32,000 nucleotides of DNA from Trichodesmium erythraeum IMS101 (GTDB taxonomy: Bacteria; Cyanobacteriota; Cyanobacteriia; Cyanobacteriales; Microcoleaceae): positions 3,510,001 through 3,542,000 of the forward strand of contig NC_008312.1 of the NCBI RefSeq assembly GCF_000014265.1, given 5' to 3'. Of this stretch, positions 14,520-24,458 are shown piece after piece; position 1 is the first letter of the stretch, and every line of letters starts with the position of its first letter. A program made the position numbers and the translations under genes. The notes below the pieces were generated by a model. That model was not told where the DNA came from. It made no database searches and saw only the letters and a list, made by a program, of their open reading frames with translations.

Positions 14520-17500
14520 TCATTGCCCTTTAAGTATTGCGGTAATTACTCTTTTCAATTTATCTATATTCATTTCAAAACCATTGAGCGTTTGGTCGCA
14601 ATATAGTGGGTAAAAATTATGTTGGCCCAATACAGATACAGGGTAAAAAAACCTATCTATAAGGTATCTACCGGTGAATATCTCGACAACAGTGGTATTT
14701 GGATGACACATAAGAATGCAGCTCAACCCTGCGCCAATAGCACCAACTAAAACAGAAGTGTGGTGCATTAACATCGCTTTCTCCTCAAAACTCAACCTTT
14801 CGGCATAAACAATCGAAAATCCCAAACTCGCCATCAATTCTTCTACTTCTACCTCGTTAGCCATCGGTCGGCGAGGAGAATACCTTCTGGAAATATACAC
14901 ATAACGAGCGCGATATTCTGGAGGTATATCCGAACGCTTTGCAACAATTGATTCTCTCAATTGTCTGTAAAAATCAATCCTGTCTATATCGTATTGATAA
15001 CGACTAATTATCAAGTATTTAAACTTCTGCTCTTGCTTTACCAAAATTTTCTCTTTTGGTATGTTCAAATGACTAAAGATTTCCCAGTGGCTATCCGTAA
15101 TTTGGGGAACAAATATTGGGCAGGATAAATTCAGCTTTTGATAGAGAATTAAGCTAGGAATTTGGTCTAGGAGTAAATGGGCGTAGTTCTGATATGCACC
15201 CCAAATATGACCGATAACAGCCAAACTGAAAATTACATCATCTTCGTAATAATTATCCAGTACTGTTTTCCTAATAGCAATCTCCTCTAAAGTTGCTCTA
15301 GTATTTGCCATCTGACTATAATTATCATCTGGCGCAACGTCTTCCCTCGAACTGGCAGTCTTTTCACCAATAAATTCCTTAACAAATTTATCAGATATTC
15401 TCGGGTCACAACGATGAAAAATATATCCCTCAGAAACACAAAATGGAGACTCGCAAATAAAATCCTTAAATATCTCTATGGTTTGCCTGCTTCTCAACTT
15501 AAACGAACCTGACAATTTCCGCACGGTAGCTACAAAATACTCCTTATCTCGATCCATTAACTCGGGTAAATATTTGACCGTAGCTTGTACCTGAAATTTT
15601 GGCACCCGTTCGTCCGCGCCCATTATATAGCGTACCGACGATGACAAACCATCAAAACACAACTTATCCATCAATGGCAGTGGAATTTCCGAGCGAATTA
15701 GTTTAACCCTTTTATACTCGCTACTATTTAATCTCTGGGATTCTTCTTTCAGAAGTTGGATAGCCATATTGAAGTGTTTTAATATTAACAAATAGGACTT
15801 TTTAGGAACCTCTTGAGTAGCAATAACTTGGGAAAACAATTCTTTTAATATCTTTAATTTTGGCAGCAAGGGAGGAGCATCCTTCGCTACGGGGGCAAGA
15901 TGATTACTTCTCCAATAAAATAGTACTTTATCTGTTAAGTTAGCTAAAGAAACAATATCCTTAATACTATCCGGTTGTTTCGTAACCAGTCGGTCGAGCA
16001 GCAAACCTAATTCCTGAATAGAAGTTAAAGATGTCCCCAGTAGTTTAACCTCTGGATATAAACCACGCTGCTGATGGAAACTTACAATCTCTTCGTACTT
16101 GGCGATCGCTTCACTCTCCCGACTCAAATTCTTTAACTCCACTGCCGCCAGTATATAAGCATCAATAGCTTTTTGAGGATGATAAAATTTAATCACTCGC
16201 TCAAATCTCTCCAGAGCTAACTCTCTATTTCCCTGTTGACTGGCTAAAATTCCGCCCTGGAGCAAGGTCGTTAAATCATTGGGATTCCTTTGCAAAGCCT
16301 GTAGAAATTTTTCCTCAGCCTCCGCAAAACGCCCCATAGCTATCAATTCCTTAGCCGCCTCACAGTATGCCGGAATATGCCCAGGGAACTTTTCGATCGC
16401 TTGTTCAAACCTTTGCCAGGCAAACTCCCGATTTCCCAACAGCCTCGCCAAAGCAGCACTTTTGTATAATCCTTCATGGCGAGCGGGATATAAAGCAATA
16501 ACTTTTTCCCACCAAATTTCTGCTTCCTCATACCTAAACAAATTAGCCAGTACATCCCCTTTTTGCAAATAAAAATTAAAATGGCCGGGAAACTTAGCAA
16601 TAGCATTTTCCCAACGCTCCAAAGCCAACTCCCAATCCCCTAAACTCTGAGTTAAAGCTGCACAACGTTCATAACCATCAGGCTGATTTGGATACTTTTC
16701 TATTAACTGTTGAAAAACCGCTTCTGCCTCATCAAAACGAGATAAATTGATTAAAGCATTGGCTTTTTGAACTTGAAAATCAATATTTTCGGGAAATTTG
16801 AATACCGCCTCCGACCACCGTTTTAATGCCAATTCCCAATCCCCTAAACTCTGAGTTAAAGCTGCATAACGTTCGTAACCATGAGGTCTATTTGGATACT
16901 TTTCTTTTAATTGTTGAAAAACCGCTTCTGCCTCATCAAAACGAGATAAATTGATTAAGGCATTGCCTTTTTGAACTTGAAAATCAATATTTTCGGGAAA
17001 TTTGAATACCGCCTCCGACCACCGTTTTAATGCCAATTCCCAATCCCCTAAACTCTGAGTTAAAGCTGCATAACGTTCGTAACCATGAGGTCTATTTGGA
17101 TACTTTTCTTTTAATTGTTGAAAAACCGCTTCTGCCTCATCAAAACGAGATAAATTGATTAAGGCATTGCCTTTTTGAACTTGAAAAACGATAGGTTTAG
17201 GAAATTTAATAATCGCCTCTGACCACAATTTTAATGCCAACTCCCCATCACCTAACCTATGAATTAATCTCGCATAATTCTCATAACCTTGAGGTTGATT
17301 TGGATACTTTTCTTTTAAATGTTGAAATACCGCTTTTGCTTCATCAAATCTGGCTAAATTGATTAAAGTATTACCTTTTTGAACTTGAAAACCGATATTT
17401 TCGGGGAATTTAAAAATCGCCTCCGACCACCGTTTTAATGCTAGTTCCCAATCCCCTAAACTCTGAGTTACCCTGGCATAACCATCATAACCATCTGGTA

Positions 17501-18161
17501 GTTCTGGATAAAATTTTATTAATTGTTGAAAAACCCTTTCTGCTGACTCAAATTTGCCTAAAGTCATTAAATTATTACCACAACTACGATAAATAGACAT
17601 CGGTTGTTGAGGATTCAGAATTAATGCTTGTTGATAAAATTCAACAGCTTCCTTGATCTTTCCTGCCTCGTTTAATTTATTCCCGTTATCGATACAATTG
17701 AGAGCAATATCTGTTTCCAAGCGAGAGATTTTTTGAGTTGCCAGAGAGTGATTTGGATGAAGAGAAAGGATTTTTTGCCAAGTCTTGAATGCCTGCCATA
17801 AATCTAATTTAGCCTCATAAGCTAAGGCTAAAGTTTGATTATAAATAGCCAAGTCTGGCTCTAGAAAAATAGCTTTTTGCGAATAGTTAATAGCCTCATC
17901 TAATTTCCCTTGCTCTATTAAAGCCTCCGCTAAACTATTGTGCAAGGTAGCAGAATTAGGATTGAGTTTAATGGCTTTTCTATATTGGGTAACTGCATCC
18001 TGCCATTTTCCTTGTTGAAAAAACAACTGCCCCAAGTAATAGTAATTCCAAGCAAAATTGGGCTGTAATTCGATGAGTTTTTGATACTCTTTTTGGGCAT
18101 CTTCTAATTTACCCGCCTGCAATAATTTGTTAGCGATTTTAAGGGAATTATTTGTGGCCAT
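14520..18161 (-). CDS. TPR-repeat (about 700 aa) / GT61 (DUF563, EOGT-like) glycosyltransferase fusion, 1213 aa
   Basis: The N-terminal 34-aa TPR periodicity includes seven 68-aa double-TPR units. The C-terminal ...RYVYISRRYSPRRPMANEVEVEELMASLGFSIVYAERLSFEEKAMLMHHTSVLVGAIGAGLSCILMCHPNTTVVEIF matches the Glyco_transf_61 core (yiSR..R.i.Ne.E....l...GF......ls..eq...f..a..ivg.hGAgl.n..f..p.t.viEi). Confidence 0.8.
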   Translation of the reverse strand: MATNNSLKIANKLLQAGKLEDAQKEYQKLIELQPNFAWNYYYLGQLFFQQGKWQDAVTQYRKAIKLNPNSATLHNSLAEALIEQGKLDEAINYSQKAIFLEPDLAIYNQTLALAYEAKLDLWQAFKTWQKILSLHPNHSLATQKISRLETDIALNCIDNGNKLNEAGKIKEAVEFYQQALILNPQQPMSIYRSCGNNLMTLGKFESAERVFQQLIKFYPELPDGYDGYARVTQSLGDWELALKRWSEAIFKFPENIGFQVQKGNTLINLARFDEAKAVFQHLKEKYPNQPQGYENYARLIHRLGDGELALKLWSEAIIKFPKPIVFQVQKGNALINLSRFDEAEAVFQQLKEKYPNRPHGYERYAALTQSLGDWELALKRWSEAVFKFPENIDFQVQKGNALINLSRFDEAEAVFQQLKEKYPNRPHGYERYAALTQSLGDWELALKRWSEAVFKFPENIDFQVQKANALINLSRFDEAEAVFQQLIEKYPNQPDGYERCAALTQSLGDWELALERWENAIAKFPGHFNFYLQKGDVLANLFRYEEAEIWWEKVIALYPARHEGLYKSAALARLLGNREFAWQRFEQAIEKFPGHIPAYCEAAKELIAMGRFAEAEEKFLQALQRNPNDLTTLLQGGILASQQGNRELALERFERVIKFYHPQKAIDAYILAAVELKNLSRESEAIAKYEEIVSFHQQRGLYPEVKLLGTSLTSIQELGLLLDRLVTKQPDSIKDIVSLANLTDKVLFYWRSNHLAPVAKDAPPLLPKLKILKELFSQVIATQEVPKKSYLLILKHFNMAIQLLKEESQRLNSSEYKRVKLIRSEIPLPLMDKLCFDGLSSSVRYIMGADERVPKFQVQATVKYLPELMDRDKEYFVATVRKLSGSFKLRSRQTIEIFKDFICESPFCVSEGYIFHRCDPRISDKFVKEFIGEKTASSREDVAPDDNYSQMANTRATLEEIAIRKTVLDNYYEDDVIFSLAVIGHIWGAYQNYAHLLLDQIPSLILYQKLNLSCPIFVPQITDSHWEIFSHLNIPKEKILVKQEQKFKYLIISRYQYDIDRIDFYRQLRESIVAKRSDIPPEYRARYVYISRRYSPRRPMANEVEVEELMASLGFSIVYAERLSFEEKAMLMHHTSVLVGAIGAGLSCILMCHPNTTVVEIFTGRYLIDRFFYPVSVLGQHNFYPLYCDQTLNGFEMNIDKLKRVITAILKGQ
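16124..17552 (-). repeat. 204-bp (68-codon, double-TPR) tandem repeat, 7 units; the central units are nearly identical
   Basis: The period was measured from TGAAAAACCG at 16711, 16915 and 17119. Units 16711-16914 and 16915-17118 differ at only 2 positions as read by eye. The flanking units become progressively more diverged. Confidence 0.9.
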
Positions 18162-18352
18162 AACTTTTGGGGAACTTTGGGTCTTAGGATTTTGATTTTA
18201 CACCATTTTTAATTAGGGTTTGCTGATTAAATATAAAAAACAGATAAAGGTTTTAGCCTTTTTAAGTCCTAAAAAATTACCTGGGTTTTGACTTTTGTCG
18301 TCACTTTCATGCAACAAAGCCCTATTTAATCTAAGTTGTGTAGCCACAATCT

Positions 18353-19612
18353 CTAAAGCGTTGCATCCGCCGAGGGCAAAAAGGACTTGACGTCAAAAAT
18401 AACTTGCCCGTCATTCTTAGCCAAAGGAAGCTGTTTAAATTCATCGTGGGCAACAGCCAGTACAATTGCCTGATAGCTAGCAAGTTTTGGTAGATCGCTT
18501 AAAATATCAATATCATGCTCCTGCTTAACCTCCTCTGGCAATGCCCAAGGGTCATAAACATCTACAACACAACCAAAATCTTCTAATTCACGAATTAAAT
18601 CTATTACTTTAGAATTACGAATATCCGAACAATTTTCCTTAAAAGTAATACCCAAAATTAGAACAGCAGCACCCTCAACTTTTTGCCCCTTTTTAATCGC
18701 GAGCTTAACAACCTGCTTAGCAACATAAATTCCCATATTATCATTGAGGCGTCGTCCTGCAAGAATAATTTCTGGGTGATAGCCTAGTTCCTGGGCCTTG
18801 TACGTTAAATAGTATGGATCTACTCCGATACAGTGTCCCCCCACCAGTCCTGGTTGAAAAGGCAAGAAATTCCATTTAGTAGCGGCTGCCTCTAACACTT
18901 CCCTAGTTTTGATCCCCATTTTATTAAAAATAATCGCCAACTCATTGACAAAAGCAATATTAATATCTCGTTGAGAGTTTTCAATTACTTTAGCTGCCTC
19001 AGCAACTCTTATAGAAGATGCTAAATGGGTTCCAGCTATGACAATCGTATTATAGAGTGCATCAACTTTTTGAGCTATTTCAGGCGTCGAACCTGAAGTG
19101 ACTTTTTTAACTTTGGTAACTGTGTGTATCTTGTCACCAGGATTAATGCGCTCAGGGGAGTAACCACAGAAAAAGTCTTGGTTAAATTTTAAACCTGAAA
19201 TCTTTTCTAACACAGGAACGCATTCTTCCTCTGTTGTGCCCGGATAAACAGTAGATTCATAAATGACTATATCATCCTTTTTAAGAATTTTACCAACTGC
19301 TTCGCTGGCTTGAATTAAAGGAACTAAATTTGGTTGTTTGTGTCGGTCAATCGGAGTTGGTACAGTTACAATATAAATATTGCAATTAGCAATATCCTCA
19401 ATAGAGGTGGTGACGCGAAATCCTGTTTCAGATATAACTGAAGCTAAATAATCGTTGTCAACTTCGAGGGTGCTATCAAATCCTTGATTCAGTTGTTCAA
19501 CTCGCGTTTGTGAAATGTCAAACCCAAGGGTTGGAAACTTTTGAGCAAATTCAACCGCAAGGGGTAAACCAACATATCCTAAACCAATCACAGCTATTTT
19601 AATGTTCTGCAT
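18353..19612 (-). CDS. UDP-N-acetyl-hexosamine 6-dehydrogenase (TviB/WbpO-type nucleotide-sugar dehydrogenase)
   Basis: 419 aa. [46 protein letters not shown] closely follows the TviB/WbpO N-terminus. The catalytic-Cys segment is [12 protein letters not shown]. Confidence 0.8.
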   Translation of the reverse strand: MQNIKIAVIGLGYVGLPLAVEFAQKFPTLGFDISQTRVEQLNQGFDSTLEVDNDYLASVISETGFRVTTSIEDIANCNIYIVTVPTPIDRHKQPNLVPLIQASEAVGKILKKDDIVIYESTVYPGTTEEECVPVLEKISGLKFNQDFFCGYSPERINPGDKIHTVTKVKKVTSGSTPEIAQKVDALYNTIVIAGTHLASSIRVAEAAKVIENSQRDINIAFVNELAIIFNKMGIKTREVLEAAATKWNFLPFQPGLVGGHCIGVDPYYLTYKAQELGYHPEIILAGRRLNDNMGIYVAKQVVKLAIKKGQKVEGAAVLILGITFKENCSDIRNSKVIDLIRELEDFGCVVDVYDPWALPEEVKQEHDIDILSDLPKLASYQAIVLAVAHDEFKQLPLAKNDGQVIFDVKSFLPSADATL

Positions 19613-19655
19613 TTTTTATTTGATGAAAAATATACTTTATTTTTTTGCACAAAAA

Positions 19656-22600
19656 TTAATCAACAGACCAGCTTTCAAAAAAGGTTGCATCTGTTGGAAA
19701 TTTTTTAAAGTATTCATAATGGCTAACACCTGATATTGAGATCATCACAACCGTTTCATAAAAAACTGGAAACTCAAATTTAAACCCCTGAATCTTAGGT
19801 GGATGTTTTGATGAATCGAAGTGATGCTGATCTATGGGAGCATTAATCGACTGTACATGGTTGTCATCAGAGGACAAAATTGGTTTTTTACCATGAATTG
19901 AAAACTTCTGCAAAAGCCCTTCATCTTTTAACTCCTTCATTAACTTAAACAAAGATAGAGTAGTCATCTGATTCGGATGTCCAGTCCAATCAGAGAAAAA
20001 CAATTTGAGTCCATTTTGGAATAAATAACCATCCGCATCAAAATAGGGTTGCTTGATAAAAACAAAATCAGTAGATACTTGGCAAGCTTTTCGTACAAAA
20101 GCTTTAACATCGTTTTCGCTTGGCAAATTCTGAAGTAAGTGGGAGAGAACTGTAAATCTTACCAGTTTTTTTGTAGGAATATTGTTTATATCAAATATCA
20201 CAGCATTATGACCAGCAGCTTTCGCTTGAGCTATCTTTTTGGGATCGATATCAATTCCCAAACCCTGTTTACCACCAAAAAGGCGTTTGCTCCAGTTTAG
20301 GGAATTTCCTTTTGAACAACCAAAGTCAAGATAGTCAAAATTTCCTTCCCGCAATATTTTTATGAATTCATCTCTTGGGTTAATAGATATTTTTTCCGCA
20401 TTGGATATTCTATAATTTTTTGTATCATCAGAATCGGGGTTAATAACAAATTCTTTAATTCTCTCAAATGCAAATTTCCAATCCATTTTTTTTGTTGTTT
20501 CTAGCCCTCCTTTGATAATTTGCTCCCTTAGTTGGTTATTTTCTAATAAACGAATAATGTTTCCAGCAACATCATCGGGTAAGAGAGACGATAACAGTGA
20601 ATTTTGTTCGTGCTGAAAAAGCCATGAAGTTCCTAAGTTATAATTACTAACTGTAGCACAGCCTGAAGCCATATATTCAAGAGGTTGGTAGGATGGATGT
20701 GGGGTCAGCATAAAGACTAAGCCCACATGACTATTTCCATAAAGCTCTGCTACTTTTTCCAAGCTGTCAAGCACACCTAAGTTCTCAATAATGCTTTCGA
20801 GGCCATAATCCTTGGGATTCCAATCGCTACCAACAGAGACGATTCTTACATTGTCCTGGAAATGTAACTTGACAAGCTTTAAAGCCTCAATCCCCAGAAC
20901 AAAAGCATTTCTTTTATTTTTCGGTCTGCCATAAAATACAACTTGCCACGGTAGTTTGTTTTTACTATAAGGTTTCGGATAATAAATACTCCGATCTATT
21001 CCCGGAGTGAAGTATGTTACATTATCTCCATATTGCTTGTACTTTTCCGCTATTCCTAAAGAATTGGCAATGCAATGAAAACCAAAGCGGTAAGTCATAT
21101 CAATCGTTCCACTCACGCTACCAGCTGGATAGAATAACGACTCATCATCTTGCATAAAGTAAAATTTGGCTTGGCAATTATTGTATCGAGCAAGTAGATA
21201 AGCTGTATGCCAAGCTGTGCAAAAAGCTATATCTGTTCTGGGAATTTCTTTTGGGTTATCATCAAAATTAAAAACAATTAATTCAAAATTTAGGTCAGGG
21301 AAGAATTTTTTTATTGTAGATTTGTCTAAAAATACCTCTGTCGGAGAAGTCATTTGAATTAAAAAAACGTTTTTACTATTCCAGGACCGTGAAAATTCCT
21401 CGGCTACCATAAATACAGTTCTAATTCCTCCCGCTAATATATTTCGACAGTTAGGGATAATCCATAACACTTTTCCTGGAGGCTCTTCTAAGGGCTTACC
21501 TCTCATGTTTTCAGTAAAAACGCTGTTCTCCTGTAGCTCCTGTAATGAAATTTTTACCAGCAGTAGCTCTTTAGGAAAAATTACCGAATTTATTTTTGTG
21601 AGCTGACTTAAATCGTAGTTGGCTAATTTTTGGGGAGAATCTGACGGTCCAGAGCTTTCTGGCAAATTTGTGCTTTTCGGTAGATCGGAGCTTTCTGGCA
21701 AATTTGTGTTTTTCGGCACAGATGAAAGTTTAGTAAGTCCCTTTTCTAGAACTTCAACGCCATAATACTCCCCAGCATAAGCCCGTAAACGTTTAAGAAA
21801 TGGATGAAAATTTAGAGAAATCACAGCTCTTTTGATTCGTTTCTCTCCATGTCTGGCTCTTAGTGCATTCCCACCTGCTTCAGCAAGGACACTTCTAGTT
21901 TCCGCACCAAAACTCTTTGATTTGGCATGAAAAACATAGCAATGGGTTGCCAATGCATGGGTAAAACCTGCATTCAAGGCGCGCATAGAATAATCATCTT
22001 CCTCCCCATATCCTTTGGGAAAAGCTTCTTCATCAAAGTAGCCAATAGCATCAATAACTTCGCGCTTTATACCATAACAAAAACCATTAATTAAAGGAAC
22101 CCGGGGGAAATGCCCAAACCAACCGTATTGCTCGCAGAACTTATCCATGTCAGCTACAGTCTTGCCCTCTGGAAGTTCATTGATTATCATTCCACCGTTC
22201 TTTGGATCTTTGACAAAAGGTAATGATTGCCATGATGCTGCATTACTCATGGGACCTACTACACCTATCAAATTACTACTCGTTGCAGTTTGCAAAAGTT
22301 TCAAAGCCCAGTCTGGGCTTACTATAGTATCACTATTTAAAAGAATAACAAACTCCGCATCAGCAATCTGCATTCCTAAATTTGCAGATTTTGTGTAACC
22401 CTTAGCTATCTCATGTCGAACTAAAGTAATGCTATGGTTTTGTGCAGCAATCTGTTTTAGGTAGTCCCAGGTGTCATGATCAGAACCGTCATCCACAATA
22501 ATAATCTTATGGCTTGGCAAAAGATTGACAAGCACAGAATTAATACAATTTTTAACATGCTCAAGGGCATTGTGTACACAAATGACAATATCAATAGGAA

Positions 22601-24458
22601 AAGCACTTATGCTTTTTAAGGAATTTCGATCGTAAGGCTTAGTTTTTGAGTGCCAAAATGGAGTTTGTTCAAAGGCAAATTCTTTAGGCAGGAAAGAGGG
22701 TATCTGATAGGGGATATCTCTTGTGGTAGATCTTAACCCATGCTGAAAGAAGCCAAATCCTGGGTGGTTTCTTGTTGATCGCCCTTTCTTCATCAATGGA
22801 ATCCACTTTAAGTCAGTTTTCCATAGAGCAAACATTACGGAAAGCTGGTCTCTTTTACTATATTTTTCTATTTCTTCCCACCATAAATTGTGCAAGTTCC
22901 TAATACAATTGTCGTTATGTTTACGAATCATAACACCTGTCTCTATTAATCCTAATTCATAGGGCAGACCTTCCTGTTGATAGTGAGTAGTTTGCTCTTC
23001 AATTGTATCTTTGTCGTCTTTCTCTTGCTGGCTACATATATTAGCTTCTTGATAAGTACAATTCCTATATGGGTGAGGGATAGCTGCAAACAATTGCTGA
23101 TTTTTGATAAAACTATTCAGAAACTCCTCCAGAAAATTGGATTTAACCAGAATGTGCGCATCTATCCAGATACTATACTCATAGTTATTGAAATAAATAT
23201 GAGGATGTGTTTTTACATATCGAGCAGTGCGAGTGCTATCTTCATGTATGTAATCGAAATGACGAATTTCCCAACAATGCTCCCCTGGATATTGCGCTCT
23301 ATCCGTAAAGCAAACATAATCCCAGTCAGGGCATAAAAACTCTGGTATTTTTAATACATCATAGTTATTGCAAATGGCTGTATAAACAACCACGTTCTTT
23401 TTTTTGGACTTTGACGCCTTTAAATATTTCCGCACCCTTTCTAGCAACTGCTTATCTGCAATCTGTTTAGGACTTACAGACTCAGTATCAATCTGTTGCC
23501 CCCGCTGATAAACCTTAACAGCCTCCTCCCTCTTCCCCAACTCCCTCAAAACATTCCCTAAGTGCTGCCAAACCACGGCAGATGCTGGATGCAACTCCGC
23601 TGCCTTCCGTAACTCAATCTCTGCCTGGACCCAATACTTCAACTGCATCAAAGCATACCCCAAATGATGCCGAAACTCAGCCGACTTCGGATTAATTTCC
23701 ACTACTAACCGATACTTAACAACCGCCTCCTCCCATCGACCCAACTGCGACAAAGCTTGACCAAACCCAAACAAAAACTCCTCAGACTCATCAAACAGAT
23801 GTGCGCTCTGACGATAACATTCCACAACTTCCGACCATCGTCCCAACTTACCCAAACTTGCAGCCCAACCCATACAGCATTCCAATTTACCATAATTAGT
23901 TTCCCAACTCTGACGATAAAATTTCACCGCTTCAGACCATTGCTGTTGCCCAAACTTTATGTCTCCCAAGTAAAAATAAGCCTCTGATACATAGAATGTC
24001 ATTAAGGAAGTTCCATATACCTGCTTTGCCTCCTCCTCTAGAGGGAGAGAGTCAACACAGAAGTCAACCACCTGATAGAGAGATTCCTCCGCGTCCGACC
24101 ATTGTCCCAAATGCACCAATGCCCTCCCTAAACTTAAATAAAACTCCGGCACATTTGTTTTCTTTTCCACCGCTTGCCGCAAATAACCCACAGCTTCCTT
24201 ATACTGGCCTAACTTGTTTAACATTGCCCCTAACTTATAAAGAGACCAAGCAGAATTAGGGTTGATGGCCAATGCCTCACGAAAAGCAGCAGCAGCTTCT
24301 TTGATGCGTCCTGCTTTGATCAATGCCTCTCCTAAATTATGGTGAGAACAATAGAATTGGTTACTTTTAGTGGTGGCCTTTTTGTAAAAAGCGATCGCTT
24401 CCTCTATTTTTCCTTCCTTAAATAGTTGATTTGCCTGAGCGAAAGAAGTAGCAGTCAT
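19656..24458 (-). CDS. 1600-aa five-module protein: TPR (about 24458-23470), DUF616/TOD1-MUCI70-like (about 23400-22780), GT2 (about 22600-21900), GT-B WsaF-like (about 21470-20470), class-I SAM methyltransferase (about 20340-19900)
   Basis: DUF616: VVVYTAICNNYDVLKIPEF...WDYVCFTD...RTARYVKTHPHIYFNNYEYSIWIDAHILV. GT2: IDIVICVHNALEHVKNCINSVL...IIIVDDGSDHDT...ILLNSDTIV. A linker carries a 36-bp direct repeat (21652-21723; PK(N/S)TNLPESS). GT-B: VLWIIPNCRNILAGGIRTVF...FYGRPKNKRNAF...PLEYMASGCATVSN. MT: FDYLDFGCSKGNSL...GLGIDIDPKKI. Confidence 0.8.
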   Translation of the reverse strand: MTATSFAQANQLFKEGKIEEAIAFYKKATTKSNQFYCSHHNLGEALIKAGRIKEAAAAFREALAINPNSAWSLYKLGAMLNKLGQYKEAVGYLRQAVEKKTNVPEFYLSLGRALVHLGQWSDAEESLYQVVDFCVDSLPLEEEAKQVYGTSLMTFYVSEAYFYLGDIKFGQQQWSEAVKFYRQSWETNYGKLECCMGWAASLGKLGRWSEVVECYRQSAHLFDESEEFLFGFGQALSQLGRWEEAVVKYRLVVEINPKSAEFRHHLGYALMQLKYWVQAEIELRKAAELHPASAVVWQHLGNVLRELGKREEAVKVYQRGQQIDTESVSPKQIADKQLLERVRKYLKASKSKKKNVVVYTAICNNYDVLKIPEFLCPDWDYVCFTDRAQYPGEHCWEIRHFDYIHEDSTRTARYVKTHPHIYFNNYEYSIWIDAHILVKSNFLEEFLNSFIKNQQLFAAIPHPYRNCTYQEANICSQQEKDDKDTIEEQTTHYQQEGLPYELGLIETGVMIRKHNDNCIRNLHNLWWEEIEKYSKRDQLSVMFALWKTDLKWIPLMKKGRSTRNHPGFGFFQHGLRSTTRDIPYQIPSFLPKEFAFEQTPFWHSKTKPYDRNSLKSISAFPIDIVICVHNALEHVKNCINSVLVNLLPSHKIIIVDDGSDHDTWDYLKQIAAQNHSITLVRHEIAKGYTKSANLGMQIADAEFVILLNSDTIVSPDWALKLLQTATSSNLIGVVGPMSNAASWQSLPFVKDPKNGGMIINELPEGKTVADMDKFCEQYGWFGHFPRVPLINGFCYGIKREVIDAIGYFDEEAFPKGYGEEDDYSMRALNAGFTHALATHCYVFHAKSKSFGAETRSVLAEAGGNALRARHGEKRIKRAVISLNFHPFLKRLRAYAGEYYGVEVLEKGLTKLSSVPKNTNLPESSDLPKSTNLPESSGPSDSPQKLANYDLSQLTKINSVIFPKELLLVKISLQELQENSVFTENMRGKPLEEPPGKVLWIIPNCRNILAGGIRTVFMVAEEFSRSWNSKNVFLIQMTSPTEVFLDKSTIKKFFPDLNFELIVFNFDDNPKEIPRTDIAFCTAWHTAYLLARYNNCQAKFYFMQDDESLFYPAGSVSGTIDMTYRFGFHCIANSLGIAEKYKQYGDNVTYFTPGIDRSIYYPKPYSKNKLPWQVVFYGRPKNKRNAFVLGIEALKLVKLHFQDNVRIVSVGSDWNPKDYGLESIIENLGVLDSLEKVAELYGNSHVGLVFMLTPHPSYQPLEYMASGCATVSNYNLGTSWLFQHEQNSLLSSLLPDDVAGNIIRLLENNQLREQIIKGGLETTKKMDWKFAFERIKEFVINPDSDDTKNYRISNAEKISINPRDEFIKILREGNFDYLDFGCSKGNSLNWSKRLFGGKQGLGIDIDPKKIAQAKAAGHNAVIFDINNIPTKKLVRFTVLSHLLQNLPSENDVKAFVRKACQVSTDFVFIKQPYFDADGYLFQNGLKLFFSDWTGHPNQMTTLSLFKLMKELKDEGLLQKFSIHGKKPILSSDDNHVQSINAPIDQHHFDSSKHPPKIQGFKFEFPVFYETVVMISISGVSHYEYFKKFPTDATFFESWSVD

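Noticed and set aside
22147-24259. Shadow ORFs inside or opposite the 1600-aa gene (22147-22398, 22977-23336, 23705-23893, 23757-23987, 23996-24259), and similar ones in other genes (3747-3938, 5172-5372, 11018-11308, 13823-14251, 13849-14037, 16279-16572, 16343-16606, 28339-28608)
   Set aside because: All lie entirely within longer ORFs that carry clear family motifs, and none shows a motif of its own.
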